A stretch of DNA of 64,000 nucleotides, taken from contig CAXFSR010000017.1 in the NCBI GenBank assembly GCA_964005815.1, positions 32,001-96,000 on the forward strand, read 5' to 3'. How positions within the stretch are numbered: the stretch's first letter is position 1; each line of letters starts with the position of its first letter. Shown here piece by piece: positions 12,556-22,882 of this stretch. The position numbers were made by a program, and so were the translations under genes. The stretch comes from an uncultured Nitrospinaceae bacterium (lineage in GTDB: Bacteria; UBA8248). The notes below the pieces were generated by a model. That model did no database searches, was not told the DNA's origin, and saw only the letters and a program-made list of their open reading frames with translations.

Positions 12556-13662
12556 TTAAAGAATGTTTTTACTAGACACACAAAAATCGTAAAAGAAATC
12601 AAATAATTTTCTTGCATCATGAGGACCAGGAGATGCTTCGGGATGATACTGAACACTACATACTCTCAACTCTTGAGCAAGTAGACCCTCACAAGTCATA
12701 TCATTTAAATTTAAATGCGTTACTTCTACACCCTTAGGAAGAGTATCAAGAGCAACAGAAAAAGAATGATTTTGAGAAGTAATATCAATCTGACTACCTG
12801 AGGTTTTTCTTACAGGATGATTTACCCCATGGTGCCCAAATTTCAACTTGTAAGTTTTTCCACCCAAAACCTGCGCTAAAATTTGGTGCCCTAGACAAAT
12901 ACCAACAATTGGAATTTTCCCAAGTATTTTTTTTACATTAGAAATTATATAGTCTAATGCTGATGGATCTCCCGGTCCATTTGACAAAAATACAAGAGCT
13001 GGTTTCTTTTCCAAAACTGATTCTGCAGGTTCAGTACAAGGTACTACCTCAAGATCAAATCTTTCAGACAATTGATTGAAAATTGCACGTTTTCCACCTA
13101 AATCATATGCTATGCATAGAGGTCTATTCTTTTTTTCACCGAAGAAAAATGAATTCTCGCAAGAAACTCCTTTGACCAAATCCCTACCTTCTAATCCTAG
13201 TGATTCTTTTGCACGATCTACAAGAATATCCTTATTTTTTTCAGTACTTGATAAAACAGCTTTCAAAGAACCGTTTTCTCTAATATGTCTAGTTAAAAAA
13301 CGCGTATCTATCCCTTCTATGCCAGCGATTTTATATTCCTTTAAGTATGTATCTAGGTCTTTTTCAGAATTATACTTATAAAACTTCCTGCAGAGTTCTT
13401 TAACTATAAAAGCTTCAACCCATATATTGCTTGACTCTTCATCTCCTTGTACAACACCATAATTTCCAATATGAGGATAAGTCATCACCACCATCTGTCC
13501 TCTGTATGACGGATCTGTTAAAACTTCTTGATATCCTGTCATGGCAGTATTAAAAACAAGTTCCCCTTCTGCATCAACGTCATATCCAAAGGATCTTCCT
13601 TGAAGGACAAGACCATCCTCTAAGGCTAGAATAGCAGTTTTATCTTGCTTATTAGTTCCCAT
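12556..13662 (-). CDS. carA: Carbamoyl-phosphate synthase small subunit
   Basis: FNTAMTGYQE, SNGPGDP, GICLGHQ and QYHPEA motifs. Confidence 0.98.
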   Translation of the reverse strand: MGTNKQDKTAILALEDGLVLQGRSFGYDVDAEGELVFNTAMTGYQEVLTDPSYRGQMVVMTYPHIGNYGVVQGDEESSNIWVEAFIVKELCRKFYKYNSEKDLDTYLKEYKIAGIEGIDTRFLTRHIRENGSLKAVLSSTEKNKDILVDRAKESLGLEGRDLVKGVSCENSFFFGEKKNRPLCIAYDLGGKRAIFNQLSERFDLEVVPCTEPAESVLEKKPALVFLSNGPGDPSALDYIISNVKKILGKIPIVGICLGHQILAQVLGGKTYKLKFGHHGVNHPVRKTSGSQIDITSQNHSFSVALDTLPKGVEVTHLNLNDMTCEGLLAQELRVCSVQYHPEASPGPHDARKLFDFFYDFCVSSKNIL

Positions 13663-13679
13663 AAATTAAAACTCCTAAT

Positions 13680-14963
13680 CTATTCAATATTTTTCATTGC
13701 GAATTTTCCATTAACGATAGTTGCAACTGGACATCCTGTTAATTCCCAACCTGAAAATGGAGTATTTTTAGACCTGCTTTTAAATTTTTCTGGAATAACT
13801 GTATATTTTTTTTCTAAATCAATGATTGTCAGATCAGCCAATGATCCTTCTTCTATCTTATTACATGGAATTCCAATTGCCTTAGAAGGTCCTAAAGTAA
13901 ACTTTGCAATCATTTCATTTATAGTCAAAATACCTTCATGTACTAAACGATCAAGAGCTAGAGGAACCGCCGTTTCAAGCCCAACTACTCCGAATGGAAC
14001 TCTATCAAACTCAACTTCCAAATCTGCTTGATCATGTGGAGCATGATCAGAAGCAATGACATCAATAGTTCCGTCTTTCAACCCTTCAATAAGTGCAATA
14101 CGATGTTTTTCATCTCTAAGCGGAGGTGCCATTTTACATGAAGAATTAAAACCTCTAATTTCCTCATCAGTAAGCGAAAAGTGATGGGGTGTAACCTCAC
14201 ATGTTACGTTTACACCTTTCTTTTTAGCATTCCTTATCAAGTCGACAGCACCTTCAGAAGAAACGTGTAAGATATGCAACTTACCTCCTGTCAACTCAGC
14301 TAACCTCAAGTCTCGATAAACACAAATATCTTCGCTAGCATCTGGATTGGCTGAGAGCCCTAAACTAGTAGAAACAACACCTTCATGCATTACTCTATCC
14401 TTAGATAAGCTTATGTCTTCAGCATGATCAAGAATTGTCGTCCCTAGCATTTTAGAATATTCAAGTGCAGACCTCATCATAAAAGCATCCTTAATGGGAA
14501 AACCATCATCACTAAATGCTATGGCTCCAGCAGAATTTTGATCAGATAACTCGGAAAGTTTCTCTCCTTTCAATCCAATAGAAACAGCACCAATCGGATA
14601 AACTTTACATGCTCCTACTTCACGAGATTTCTTCAATATTCTCTCAGTAATTGAACTAGAATCATTTACAGGATCTGTATTTGCCATACATGCAACAGCA
14701 GTAAAACCTCCTGCGACTGCAGAACTTGTTCCACTTTCAATATCTTCTTTGTATTCTTGACCGGGCTCTCTGAAGTGAACATGCATATCTATAAACCCAG
14801 GACACACAATTAAGTTTGATGCATCCAGTATTTCGGTACCAGAGGTTCTCTTAATGTTTTTAGATTTTTTTATTATTTTCCCATCTTCTAAAAGCAGATC
14901 AAGAATCTCGTCAGTCTTTGTAATAGGGTCAACTATACGACCATTTTTGATTAACAATGACAC
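13680..14963 (-). CDS. pyrC: Dihydroorotase
   Basis: DMHVHFREPG, EVTPHH, PPLR and SDHAPH motifs; within the pyr operon. Confidence 0.95.
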   Translation of the reverse strand: MSLLIKNGRIVDPITKTDEILDLLLEDGKIIKKSKNIKRTSGTEILDASNLIVCPGFIDMHVHFREPGQEYKEDIESGTSSAVAGGFTAVACMANTDPVNDSSSITERILKKSREVGACKVYPIGAVSIGLKGEKLSELSDQNSAGAIAFSDDGFPIKDAFMMRSALEYSKMLGTTILDHAEDISLSKDRVMHEGVVSTSLGLSANPDASEDICVYRDLRLAELTGGKLHILHVSSEGAVDLIRNAKKKGVNVTCEVTPHHFSLTDEEIRGFNSSCKMAPPLRDEKHRIALIEGLKDGTIDVIASDHAPHDQADLEVEFDRVPFGVVGLETAVPLALDRLVHEGILTINEMIAKFTLGPSKAIGIPCNKIEEGSLADLTIIDLEKKYTVIPEKFKSRSKNTPFSGWELTGCPVATIVNGKFAMKNIE

Positions 14964-15010
14964 CAGTCAAACTCTCCTTTTACAAAAAACTACAAATATC
15001 AAAATAAGCC

Positions 15011-15934
15011 TTAGCCCGATAATAAGTAAAGAATAGACATTCTGCATGCAACGCCATATTCAACTTGTTCTAGAATGACTGAAAAAGGGCCATCTGCAAC
15101 ATTAGGAGACATTTCTATCCCTCTATTTATCGGACCTGGGTGCATAATCAACAAATCATCCTTAGCATTATCAAGTCTTGCCTCATTTATACCAAAAGTA
15201 TTGGCATATTCTCTTGCACTTGGAAATGCAGACCCTCCACCTCGTTCTAGCTGAATTCTAAGAGTGATCAATACATCCGCATCACGAATCGCATCGTCTA
15301 AGTTTGTTGTTACTCTAGCACCTAAACATTCTGCTCTTGCAGGTATCATTGTTGAAGGACCGCAAATTGTCACATTTGCACCAAGTTTCAACAAACCCGA
15401 AATGTCAGAACGTGCAACCCTACTATGAGCAATATCTCCAACAATCGAAACATTGAGATCTTTGAATGATTTTTTATGTTGTCTTATCGTATACAAATCT
15501 AACAACGCTTGGGTCGGATGTTCGTGACAACCATCTCCCGCATTTATAACTGCACAGCTAAGTTCGCGTCCAAGATATTCAGGAGCTCCAGACGATGGAT
15601 GGCGAACAACCAATACATCTGTTGCCATAGCCTCTATATTTCTAGCTGTATCTCTGAGTGTTTCTCCTTTCTGAGATGAGCTTGTCGTGGAAGAAAGATT
15701 AATAACATCTGCTGAAAGTCTTTTTCCTGCTATTTCAAATGATGCGCGAGTTCTCGTACTAGCCTCAAAAAACAAATTAACAACAGTTTTCCCTCGCAAT
15801 GTAGGGACTTTTTTTATATCCCTTTCATTTACTTCTCGAAATGAGTCAGTTTGATCAAGAAGAAATGTTATTTCTTCAGGAGTCAAATCACTCACAGAAA
15901 GGAGATCTTTTTTGCTATAGTTTTTAGTAACCAA
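15011..15934 (-). CDS. pyrB: Aspartate carbamoyltransferase catalytic subunit
   Basis: [23 protein letters not shown] and MHPGP motifs. Confidence 0.97.
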   Translation of the reverse strand: MVTKNYSKKDLLSVSDLTPEEITFLLDQTDSFREVNERDIKKVPTLRGKTVVNLFFEASTRTRASFEIAGKRLSADVINLSSTTSSSQKGETLRDTARNIEAMATDVLVVRHPSSGAPEYLGRELSCAVINAGDGCHEHPTQALLDLYTIRQHKKSFKDLNVSIVGDIAHSRVARSDISGLLKLGANVTICGPSTMIPARAECLGARVTTNLDDAIRDADVLITLRIQLERGGGSAFPSAREYANTFGINEARLDNAKDDLLIMHPGPINRGIEMSPNVADGPFSVILEQVEYGVACRMSILYLLSG

Positions 15935-15953
15935 AAAAAAACCTTTTCATTAT

Positions 15954-16484
15954 TTAATTAACTGAGAACACTCCATCAGTGTCATCTATCTCCTTCATCA
16001 TCACTTTAATTAACTTTTTTTTCCCTATTAATAGATTTTTCCCTACAAAATCAGCCTTGACTGGAAATTCCCTCATTCCTCTATCAACCATCACCGCAAG
16101 ACGTAAATATTTAGGACGTCCAAAACTAATTAAAGTAGATAAAGCAGCTCTAATTGTCCTCCCAGTGTGAAGAACATCATCAACCAAGATCAACTGCTTA
16201 TCTTTACAAGAAAACGGTATTGAAGTTTTTCCTACAATTTTACTTCTCTTAATTTCACTTGAAAGGTCATCTCTGTAAAAAGTTACATCTAAATCTCCAA
16301 CTGATAAATTTATACCTGAAATATTTTTTATGTTTGAGGCAATTCTTCGTGCCAAAAAAATTCCTCTTGTTTTTACGCCTATAATTGCTAAGGGAAATTT
16401 TGAATCGGTATTTTCTATAATTTCATGAGATAGTCTCTTAATTGTGCTTTCAAATTTCTGCTGAGATAAAATTTCTTTCCTCAA
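15954..16484 (-). CDS. pyrR: Pyrimidine operon attenuation protein / UPRTase
   Basis: RLSHEI, YRDD, LVDDVLHTGRT and DRG.RE.P motifs. Start moved from 16508 to the TTG at 16484, because a GGAG RBS lies 5 nt upstream and the longer ORF overlaps the terminator. Confidence 0.92.
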   Translation of the reverse strand: MRKEILSQQKFESTIKRLSHEIIENTDSKFPLAIIGVKTRGIFLARRIASNIKNISGINLSVGDLDVTFYRDDLSSEIKRSKIVGKTSIPFSCKDKQLILVDDVLHTGRTIRAALSTLISFGRPKYLRLAVMVDRGMREFPVKADFVGKNLLIGKKKLIKVMMKEIDDTDGVFSVN

Positions 16485-16493
16485 AATATCTCC

Positions 16494-16524
16494 AAAAAAA
16501 ACCCCCAATCAAATGACTGGAGGC
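16494..16524 (-). terminator. Intrinsic terminator of the pyr attenuator
   Basis: GCCUCCAGUC-AUUU-GAUUGGGGGU hairpin followed by a U-run, directly upstream of the pyrR RBS. Confidence 0.8.
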
Positions 16525-16569
16525 AAAATAAACTCTATGTACACACTGTAAAAAATCATAATTTTAATC

Positions 16570-16603
16570 ACCTTTTGCGCCTCTCGGGACGACAATTAAA
16601 GGA
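16570..16603 (-). promoter_or_regulatory. PyrR-binding loop (anti-antiterminator)
   Basis: CCUUUAAUUGUCGUCCCGAGAGGCGCAAAAGGU resembles the known PyrR element (CUUUAA...GUCCnGAGAGGC...AAGG). Confidence 0.85.
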
Positions 16604-16614
16604 ACACTGGTCGA

Positions 16615-16642
16615 AAGATAACACAATTGATACAAAAATCAA
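16615..16642 (-). promoter_or_regulatory. Putative sigma70 promoter of the pyr operon
   Basis: TTGATT, a 16 nt spacer and TATCTT with a TGn extended -10, just upstream of the PyrR loop. Confidence 0.55.
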
Positions 16643-16648
16643 GTTTAA

Positions 16649-16963
16649 TTATTCTCTTCGCAAAAAGTTGACAACCCTAGGCAATTCATCCTCTAAAAAA
16701 TACCCATCATCTTTGTTTTCAATTTTCAAAGAAAATATCTGGTCTGGAAATTCGAAATCTTTTTTTGATTCAGGCAATTTAAGTACCTTTATTTCAAAAA
16801 TACTTTTATTTTGAATGACCTTAAGTGAATCCTTAAGCTTTATTTTATATGAAGATTTTATGAATTTTCCATTTACTTGGATTGAACGACTTTCTATAAA
16901 TTTTTTTATTTTTGAACGTCTTTTAACTACACGTGTATACAGAAGAAAATGATCTATTCTCAT
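16649..16963 (-). CDS. S4-domain RNA-binding protein (Hsp15/YabO-like)
   Basis: MRID.FL..TR.VKRRS....I....I.VNG..IKSS pattern. Confidence 0.8.
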   Translation of the reverse strand: MRIDHFLLYTRVVKRRSKIKKFIESRSIQVNGKFIKSSYKIKLKDSLKVIQNKSIFEIKVLKLPESKKDFEFPDQIFSLKIENKDDGYFLEDELPRVVNFLRRE

Positions 16964-16975
16964 CTTAATTCTTTT

Positions 16976-18445
16976 TTATTGTACATTTTGATTCCCAGAT
17001 TTGAGGCTGTGAGCATTCATAAAGTTAACATCAAAAACTATTTTTATTTTTTTTCCGTCAGTTACAAAAGTAAATTTTCTTCTATTTCTATTCAATGAAA
17101 CTTTCTTAATCATGTCCGCAAAACTTAGACTCCCAAGAAACTCATTTGGAACTAACATCCTTGTTCGATACCAGAATATCTTAAGCGCAGGATCTGGATT
17201 AACAAATACAGAATAGTTTTGAGGTATTCCACGGAGAATTTCAGGATCAAGAATGTTTTGCTTAGTCAATTTGAAAGAATTTGTAGACCAACGAGATTTT
17301 CCCTTCTTCACACCTAATTCCCAAGAGATTTTCTCTCTTCCCAAAAAAGGAGAGGAAGAAAGAAGTTTGATATCTGTAATTTTAAAAATAACGTGTTCTT
17401 TAATATTTTTAAAAAGCAAATCTAGTGTTCGATTTCCTGAATTCGTACCGGAATTATAAGTGATTTCCAAAAAAGCTGATTTTCTCAATTCACTAATCCA
17501 TTTTTTTCTTATAAGAACTGATTTTTCACTAAAAATTGTCTTCCTGATTTTCTCATGGGCTTCTTTCAATGGAATCATCTTCCCAGGAATGATTTTGTAT
17601 ACCAAAACAATATGCAACCCTGCTCTTGACTGGACTATTCCACTAACTTGATTCTCTTCAATTGAAAAGATAGCCTTTTCAAGTTCAGGAAGTATCTCAC
17701 CTTTTTTAACAACCCCGAGATCTCCACCAAGATTTCTAGAAGGACCTTTAGAATATTGCTTTGCCAGATCTGGAAAATTGTCCGGATTATTTTTCGCCTT
17801 CTTCAAAACTGTTTTAGAAAGAACTTTTATTTTCGAAATATCATTATTTGACATTTCTTCGTTTAAAGGAAAAAAAATCTGCCTGACTTTTCTAGAACTA
17901 CCAAGAGTCATCTTATCTGAATTGTCTTTATAGTAATTCTCAATCTCTTTTTTTGTCACCGTAACAATAGTATTTACGAAAATATTCTCAACTTTTTTTA
18001 TTAGCAACTTATCTCGAGTTCGTTTTTTGAATTTTTCCAGACTTGAGCCAGTGGAAATTAGATATTTACTCAATTGGTCTAAAGTAATCTTTGCTCTCTT
18101 CAGGACAGATGAAATAGCAAGATTTAATTCTCTATCTGTGACAGAAAGTCGAATCTTTTTTGCTTTTTGGATCAATAATTTTTTTTCTACAAGATTATCT
18201 AAAGCTTTTTGTTCTAGATCCTGTAATTTTCTATCTAAATCTTTCCCTTTATACTTTCTTTTAAGTTCAAGTTTCGCCATTATTACAAATTCTTGAAGTT
18301 CACTAAGAGTTATAATTTCTTCGTTTATTTTCGCAACTATTCTTTCTATTACAATTGGTTTTGCATATAAAAAATGCACAAAACATAGACTAATGACGAT
18401 TAAAGAAAAAAATATACACTTTTTCATTGTTCTTTTGTTCTCCAT
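16976..18445 (-). CDS. surA: SurA-like periplasmic chaperone/parvulin PPIase with extra C-terminal domain
   Basis: Signal peptide, ERIVAKINEEIIT.SE (SurA_N) and parvulin motifs F.DLAKQYS..S...GGDLG and GLHI. Start taken at ATG 18445, which overlaps the upstream stop as TAATG. Confidence 0.8.
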   Translation of the reverse strand: MENKRTMKKCIFFSLIVISLCFVHFLYAKPIVIERIVAKINEEIITLSELQEFVIMAKLELKRKYKGKDLDRKLQDLEQKALDNLVEKKLLIQKAKKIRLSVTDRELNLAISSVLKRAKITLDQLSKYLISTGSSLEKFKKRTRDKLLIKKVENIFVNTIVTVTKKEIENYYKDNSDKMTLGSSRKVRQIFFPLNEEMSNNDISKIKVLSKTVLKKAKNNPDNFPDLAKQYSKGPSRNLGGDLGVVKKGEILPELEKAIFSIEENQVSGIVQSRAGLHIVLVYKIIPGKMIPLKEAHEKIRKTIFSEKSVLIRKKWISELRKSAFLEITYNSGTNSGNRTLDLLFKNIKEHVIFKITDIKLLSSSPFLGREKISWELGVKKGKSRWSTNSFKLTKQNILDPEILRGIPQNYSVFVNPDPALKIFWYRTRMLVPNEFLGSLSFADMIKKVSLNRNRRKFTFVTDGKKIKIVFDVNFMNAHSLKSGNQNVQ

Positions 18446-19386
18446 TACTTCAAATATATTACCTTTGCATTTTTCCTCAAATTCAAAATCCACTTATTCA
18501 ATAATTTACGGCCTTTTTTTCGGATAATCTCTTCTCTTATCATATTCTCAACAGAGCGAAAAGGTTTAACGTAAGCAGATCTTATTTCTGTAACCTGAAA
18601 AACATGAAATCCAGAAGGTGATGATATAACTTTACTAATTTCTCCAACCTTCAAATTTTCAAGTGCCTTACGTAATGACGAAGGTAAGTCCTTCAATTCG
18701 AGATACCCTAGGACACCTCCTAAAAAAGAATTAGGACCTATTGATTTTTCTTTTGCAAGAGCAGAAAAAACAGACCCTTTTAGTAATTGAGAATGAATTT
18801 CTAAAGCCAACTGTTTGTCTTCAACAACAATCTGCCTAACCTTCAATCGACGTGAAGTGGTATATTTTTTTATATTATTTTTATAAAAAAATCTCTTTTC
18901 ATCTTCTGATACCTGAATTTTTGAATAAATTTTATACTGAATGATTTTATTTACTCTTAAAATTTCTCTAATTGTTTTTAACCACTCATTTAATTTTTCT
19001 TCCTTTTTAAAGAATTTCTTTTTTATATCTTTCTGGTTTAGTGGGAAAAAAAGACTTTCAAGGTAACTATTCACTTCTAAATCTTCTACTTTCACATTCA
19101 TAGTTTTAGATGATTGGAGAATTAATTTTCTTTCAATCAATTGATCTATAAAAATACGAGTACTTGGGTCTTTACCCCCAATTTTACTTTCTGATTTCCA
19201 AACAATCGAAAAATTAGATTCTAAATCTTTTGCATTAATAAACTCATCATTCACTTGAACTAAGTTTGATTTTAAATCTTGAACCTGTTTCTTCTGAACA
19301 TCACTTTCACAACCAACAAGATGAAGATTAATAAAGAAAAGCAGCAGGATCGTCAGAGAATGATTTTTTTTTAGGAAAAAAATAAT
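18445..19386 (-). CDS. PpiC-type peptidyl-prolyl isomerase, probable lipoprotein (start uncertain)
   Basis: Parvulin motifs FSALAKEKS, GG.LG and SPSGFHVF. The frame stays open upstream of the track start (19254) to 19386 and encodes a hydrophobic segment with an LVGC lipobox. Confidence 0.75.
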   Translation of the reverse strand: MIFFLKKNHSLTILLLFFINLHLVGCESDVQKKQVQDLKSNLVQVNDEFINAKDLESNFSIVWKSESKIGGKDPSTRIFIDQLIERKLILQSSKTMNVKVEDLEVNSYLESLFFPLNQKDIKKKFFKKEEKLNEWLKTIREILRVNKIIQYKIYSKIQVSEDEKRFFYKNNIKKYTTSRRLKVRQIVVEDKQLALEIHSQLLKGSVFSALAKEKSIGPNSFLGGVLGYLELKDLPSSLRKALENLKVGEISKVISSPSGFHVFQVTEIRSAYVKPFRSVENMIREEIIRKKGRKLLNKWILNLRKNAKVIYLK

Positions 19387-19401
19387 TTAAACACCTTCCT
19401 C

Positions 19402-22400
19402 TCAAGTAAGATCTTTATCCAAAAAAGAAGTTTCTAAGCAACTTAAAATTTGTTCAATGTACTTTGAACTTTCTTCCCATGAAACGGATACTTCCACACT
19501 GAAATCATAATTGTCATTAAAAATAATTGTTGGAATAGCAAGTAGTTTTTCTGGAAATTTATACTCTCCGGGAATTAATCTTATCCAAAGTTTTTTCCCA
19601 CTAACCCGCAAAAGTGCAATTTTCAATTGTCTAGCACGTATACGAATCCGAGTTACTTCAAAAAGACGCGAAACTTCATCCGGAAATTTTCCAAAACGTT
19701 CAAATAATTCGTCATGGATTTCATCTAGTTCAAGAATCGATTTCAAATTAGATATCCGGTGATATATTTCAAGTCTTACATCTCTTTCCTCAATCCATGA
19801 AGAAGGCATAGAACCATTAATCGGCAAAATAATTTCTGGTTCATGGAACCTAGAAGTTATTCCTTTGGCGTCATTTACTATTTCTTCTAAAATCCTACAA
19901 TACATTTCGAAACCTACGGAAGCAATATGCCCTGATTGTTTATGCCCTAGCAAATTACCTGAACCTCGTATTTCAAGATCTCTCATAGCAATTTTAAAAC
20001 CTTGTCCAACAGATCTTACATCTTGAATTGCCTGAAGTCGTTCCTTTTCCTGACCTTTTAATTTCTTAATAGAAGGAACCATTAAATATACATGAGCTTG
20101 GTGTCGGTCTCTACCTACCCTGCCACGCAGTTGATATAGTTGAGCCAAACCAAATCTATCAGCTCGATTGATTATTATGGTATTAACTGATGGAATGTCT
20201 AGTCCACTTTCTACTATCGACGTACTTAACAAAACATCTACTTCTCTAGAAACAAACTTATGCATAATCTCTTCTAATTTTTTTTCTGACATTTGACCAT
20301 GTGCTACTAAAATTTTAGATTCGGGTAAGCATTTAACTAAAAGTTCATTTATAGCATCCAAAGAACTAATTCTATTATGAACGAAAAAAACTTGTCCCCC
20401 TCTTAAAAGTTCTCTTTTTATAGCCCTAGAAATTACTTCCTCATCAAAATCACATATATACGTCCGCGGAGGAAGCCTATCTCTAGGTGGAGTCTCAATT
20501 ACACTTAAATCTCTAGTTCCTGAGAGTGCTAATTGCAGGGTTCTTGGAATAGGGGTAGCCGTAAGAGTCAAAACATCTACTCCAATACTAATTTTCTTAA
20601 ATTTTTCTTTATGACTCACTCCAAATTTATGTTCTTCATCAACTATCAACAAACCCAGATTGTGAAATGAAACATCATTTTGAAGAATCCTATGAGTTCC
20701 AATTAAAATATCAATTTTTGAATCTGAAAGTTCACCTAGAATCCTTAATTGTTCTTTCTTTGTTCTAAAACGAGACAACATTTCAACTTTTACCGGCAAA
20801 TTTTTAAATCTTTCCTTAAAAACTTCAAAATGCTGATGTGCTAAAAGTGTCGTTGGAACAACAAGTCCAACTTGTTTTCCAGAAGAAATAGATCGTGTTG
20901 CAGCACGAATTGCAACTTCTGTTTTTCCAAAACCCACATCACCACACACAAGTCGATCCATTGGGGAACCACTTTCCATATCAGAAAGTACGTCATTAAT
21001 AGCCTGAAGTTGGCCAGGTGTTTCTTCGAATTCAAAATGAGAGTTCACTTCATTTTCAAAATTCACATCAGCTTTAAATTGGAATCCTTGTGATTGATTT
21101 CTTTCTGCATAAAGACTAACAAGATCTTTCACCATCTCATTAATAGACTTCCTTACTTTATTTTTTGTCTGAGACCACCTAATACCATCTAGCTTGTCGA
21201 GTTTTGGAGAATCTGGACCACGATATTCATTAACTTTTTTAAGATCATGCATTGGGATGTAAAGCCTATCTCCTCCAAAATATTCTAGTGCCATAAATTC
21301 ATCTTTATCTTCCGAATCTTCAAAAAAGACTTCTCCAAGAAATCTACCTATTCCATATTCATCATGAACAACACAATCTCCTTTTTTTAATTCTTTGATC
21401 CACTCTGAAGAAATCTGCAAAACATTATTTTCTGTCTGCCTTTTCTTAATATTCCCAAACAAATCTTCAACTTTAAAAAACAAAATATTTTCAGAAGGAA
21501 TTCTAAGTCCAGCAGACAAAGATCCTTCTAATAAAATAAGTTGAGAAAATTTGAGTTCAGAACTATTTTCGACAGAAAAGATTGGAACTTTTATATCCCT
21601 TGCTTCCAATAAATTTTTGATTCTATATAATTCTGTTCGATCGCTAGCAACTAAAACTACTAGACACTTAGACAAAATCCATTTCTCTATCTGTTCAAAA
21701 AAATAATCGAATCTTCCTCTGAAATAATCGGTTGATTCGGTATAAAAAGGACTATTTTTTTCGATTTGTTCTGCTTTCAAACCGATATCAGAAGAAAGAG
21801 TTTCAAGCTCTAAAGTGGGCCAAAGTTCAACCAATTCAAAAAAATCATCGGGAGCAATCCATTTAAGCTTAGGGTCAAAACCTATGAGACCTCTCTCTGA
21901 GGAAAGCGAAAACTCCTCTTCTATCGAAGACCAAAACTGTTCTGATTCAGATAATAAATTTGACTTATCAGCAAAAATCCATTGAGCATTTGATGGCACA
22001 AAATCAAAAAAAGTAGAAATATCTTCTGAGAATAAGGGTGACATATTTTCAATGCCTGGAAAATATTCTTCTGATTGAAACAATTCATACATTGTTTGTA
22101 TCTTAAAATTACTATCTGAATCATCTTTCAAGAAAGATTCGAGTTTATTCGAACAAAGAACTATCTCCTCCTTACTCATCAAGATTTCTCTTGGAGGATA
22201 AAGCTCAGCTTTTTTAAAAGATCTGTTATTTCTTTGCGTGTCAGGATGAAACTTTTTTATTGAATCTATTTCATCTCCTTTTAATTCAATTCTTGTTGGC
22301 ATCTTAGAATGAGGTGAAAAAAAATCAATAATTCCACCGCGTACAGCAAATTCTCCTTTTGACTGAACTACTGAACGTTTTTCATATTTCATTTCATTTA

Positions 22401-22875
22401 GAATCATCAATAAATCTTCATGCTTAAAATGTTCCCCTTCTTTAAGTGAAGTAACTTGTCCCAGAGATTTTTTGAGATTGAATATTTTTTCTGAAATAGC
22501 TTTAAAAGTAGTTAAAAAGATTCCTCTAGCCTCACTTCTGAGGAAATTTATAGATCTAGAACGTTCACCTAAGATATCAGACGATGGGGATAAAAATGAA
22601 TAAGGGAATACATCTCTTGAAGGAAAAACATGCACACAATCATTTTCAAAAGGTGATTCATTCTGAAAATTAATAAAAATAAGCAAATTCTTTTGAATTC
22701 TTCTAATTTCTTTTTCATCTTTCCCAAGATAAATAATGGAACTAGAATTTTTTATATATAGGGAACTTAAGCACCAAGCTACCGAAGCTTCATTGAAATT
22801 TGAAACTGGAACTTTTATTTCTTTATTTTTACTATAAGGTGTTGAGGAATGACTTATTTCCATTAGACATTTCAA
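19402..22875 (-). CDS. mfd: Transcription-repair coupling factor
   Basis: UvrB-like N-terminus (GEFAVRGGIID), CarD-like domain, GDVGFGKT, DEEH, QLRGRVGR and TRCF C-terminus. Confidence 0.97.
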   Translation of the reverse strand: MKCLMEISHSSTPYSKNKEIKVPVSNFNEASVAWCLSSLYIKNSSSIIYLGKDEKEIRRIQKNLLIFINFQNESPFENDCVHVFPSRDVFPYSFLSPSSDILGERSRSINFLRSEARGIFLTTFKAISEKIFNLKKSLGQVTSLKEGEHFKHEDLLMILNEMKYEKRSVVQSKGEFAVRGGIIDFFSPHSKMPTRIELKGDEIDSIKKFHPDTQRNNRSFKKAELYPPREILMSKEEIVLCSNKLESFLKDDSDSNFKIQTMYELFQSEEYFPGIENMSPLFSEDISTFFDFVPSNAQWIFADKSNLLSESEQFWSSIEEEFSLSSERGLIGFDPKLKWIAPDDFFELVELWPTLELETLSSDIGLKAEQIEKNSPFYTESTDYFRGRFDYFFEQIEKWILSKCLVVLVASDRTELYRIKNLLEARDIKVPIFSVENSSELKFSQLILLEGSLSAGLRIPSENILFFKVEDLFGNIKKRQTENNVLQISSEWIKELKKGDCVVHDEYGIGRFLGEVFFEDSEDKDEFMALEYFGGDRLYIPMHDLKKVNEYRGPDSPKLDKLDGIRWSQTKNKVRKSINEMVKDLVSLYAERNQSQGFQFKADVNFENEVNSHFEFEETPGQLQAINDVLSDMESGSPMDRLVCGDVGFGKTEVAIRAATRSISSGKQVGLVVPTTLLAHQHFEVFKERFKNLPVKVEMLSRFRTKKEQLRILGELSDSKIDILIGTHRILQNDVSFHNLGLLIVDEEHKFGVSHKEKFKKISIGVDVLTLTATPIPRTLQLALSGTRDLSVIETPPRDRLPPRTYICDFDEEVISRAIKRELLRGGQVFFVHNRISSLDAINELLVKCLPESKILVAHGQMSEKKLEEIMHKFVSREVDVLLSTSIVESGLDIPSVNTIIINRADRFGLAQLYQLRGRVGRDRHQAHVYLMVPSIKKLKGQEKERLQAIQDVRSVGQGFKIAMRDLEIRGSGNLLGHKQSGHIASVGFEMYCRILEEIVNDAKGITSRFHEPEIILPINGSMPSSWIEERDVRLEIYHRISNLKSILELDEIHDELFERFGKFPDEVSRLFEVTRIRIRARQLKIALLRVSGKKLWIRLIPGEYKFPEKLLAIPTIIFNDNYDFSVEVSVSWEESSKYIEQILSCLETSFLDKDLT

Positions 22876-22882
22876 AAAAGAA

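Noticed and set aside
16575..16814. 79 aa plus-strand ORF near the pyr leader, considered as a leader peptide
   Set aside because: It is on the wrong strand and overlaps the S4 gene and the PyrR element.
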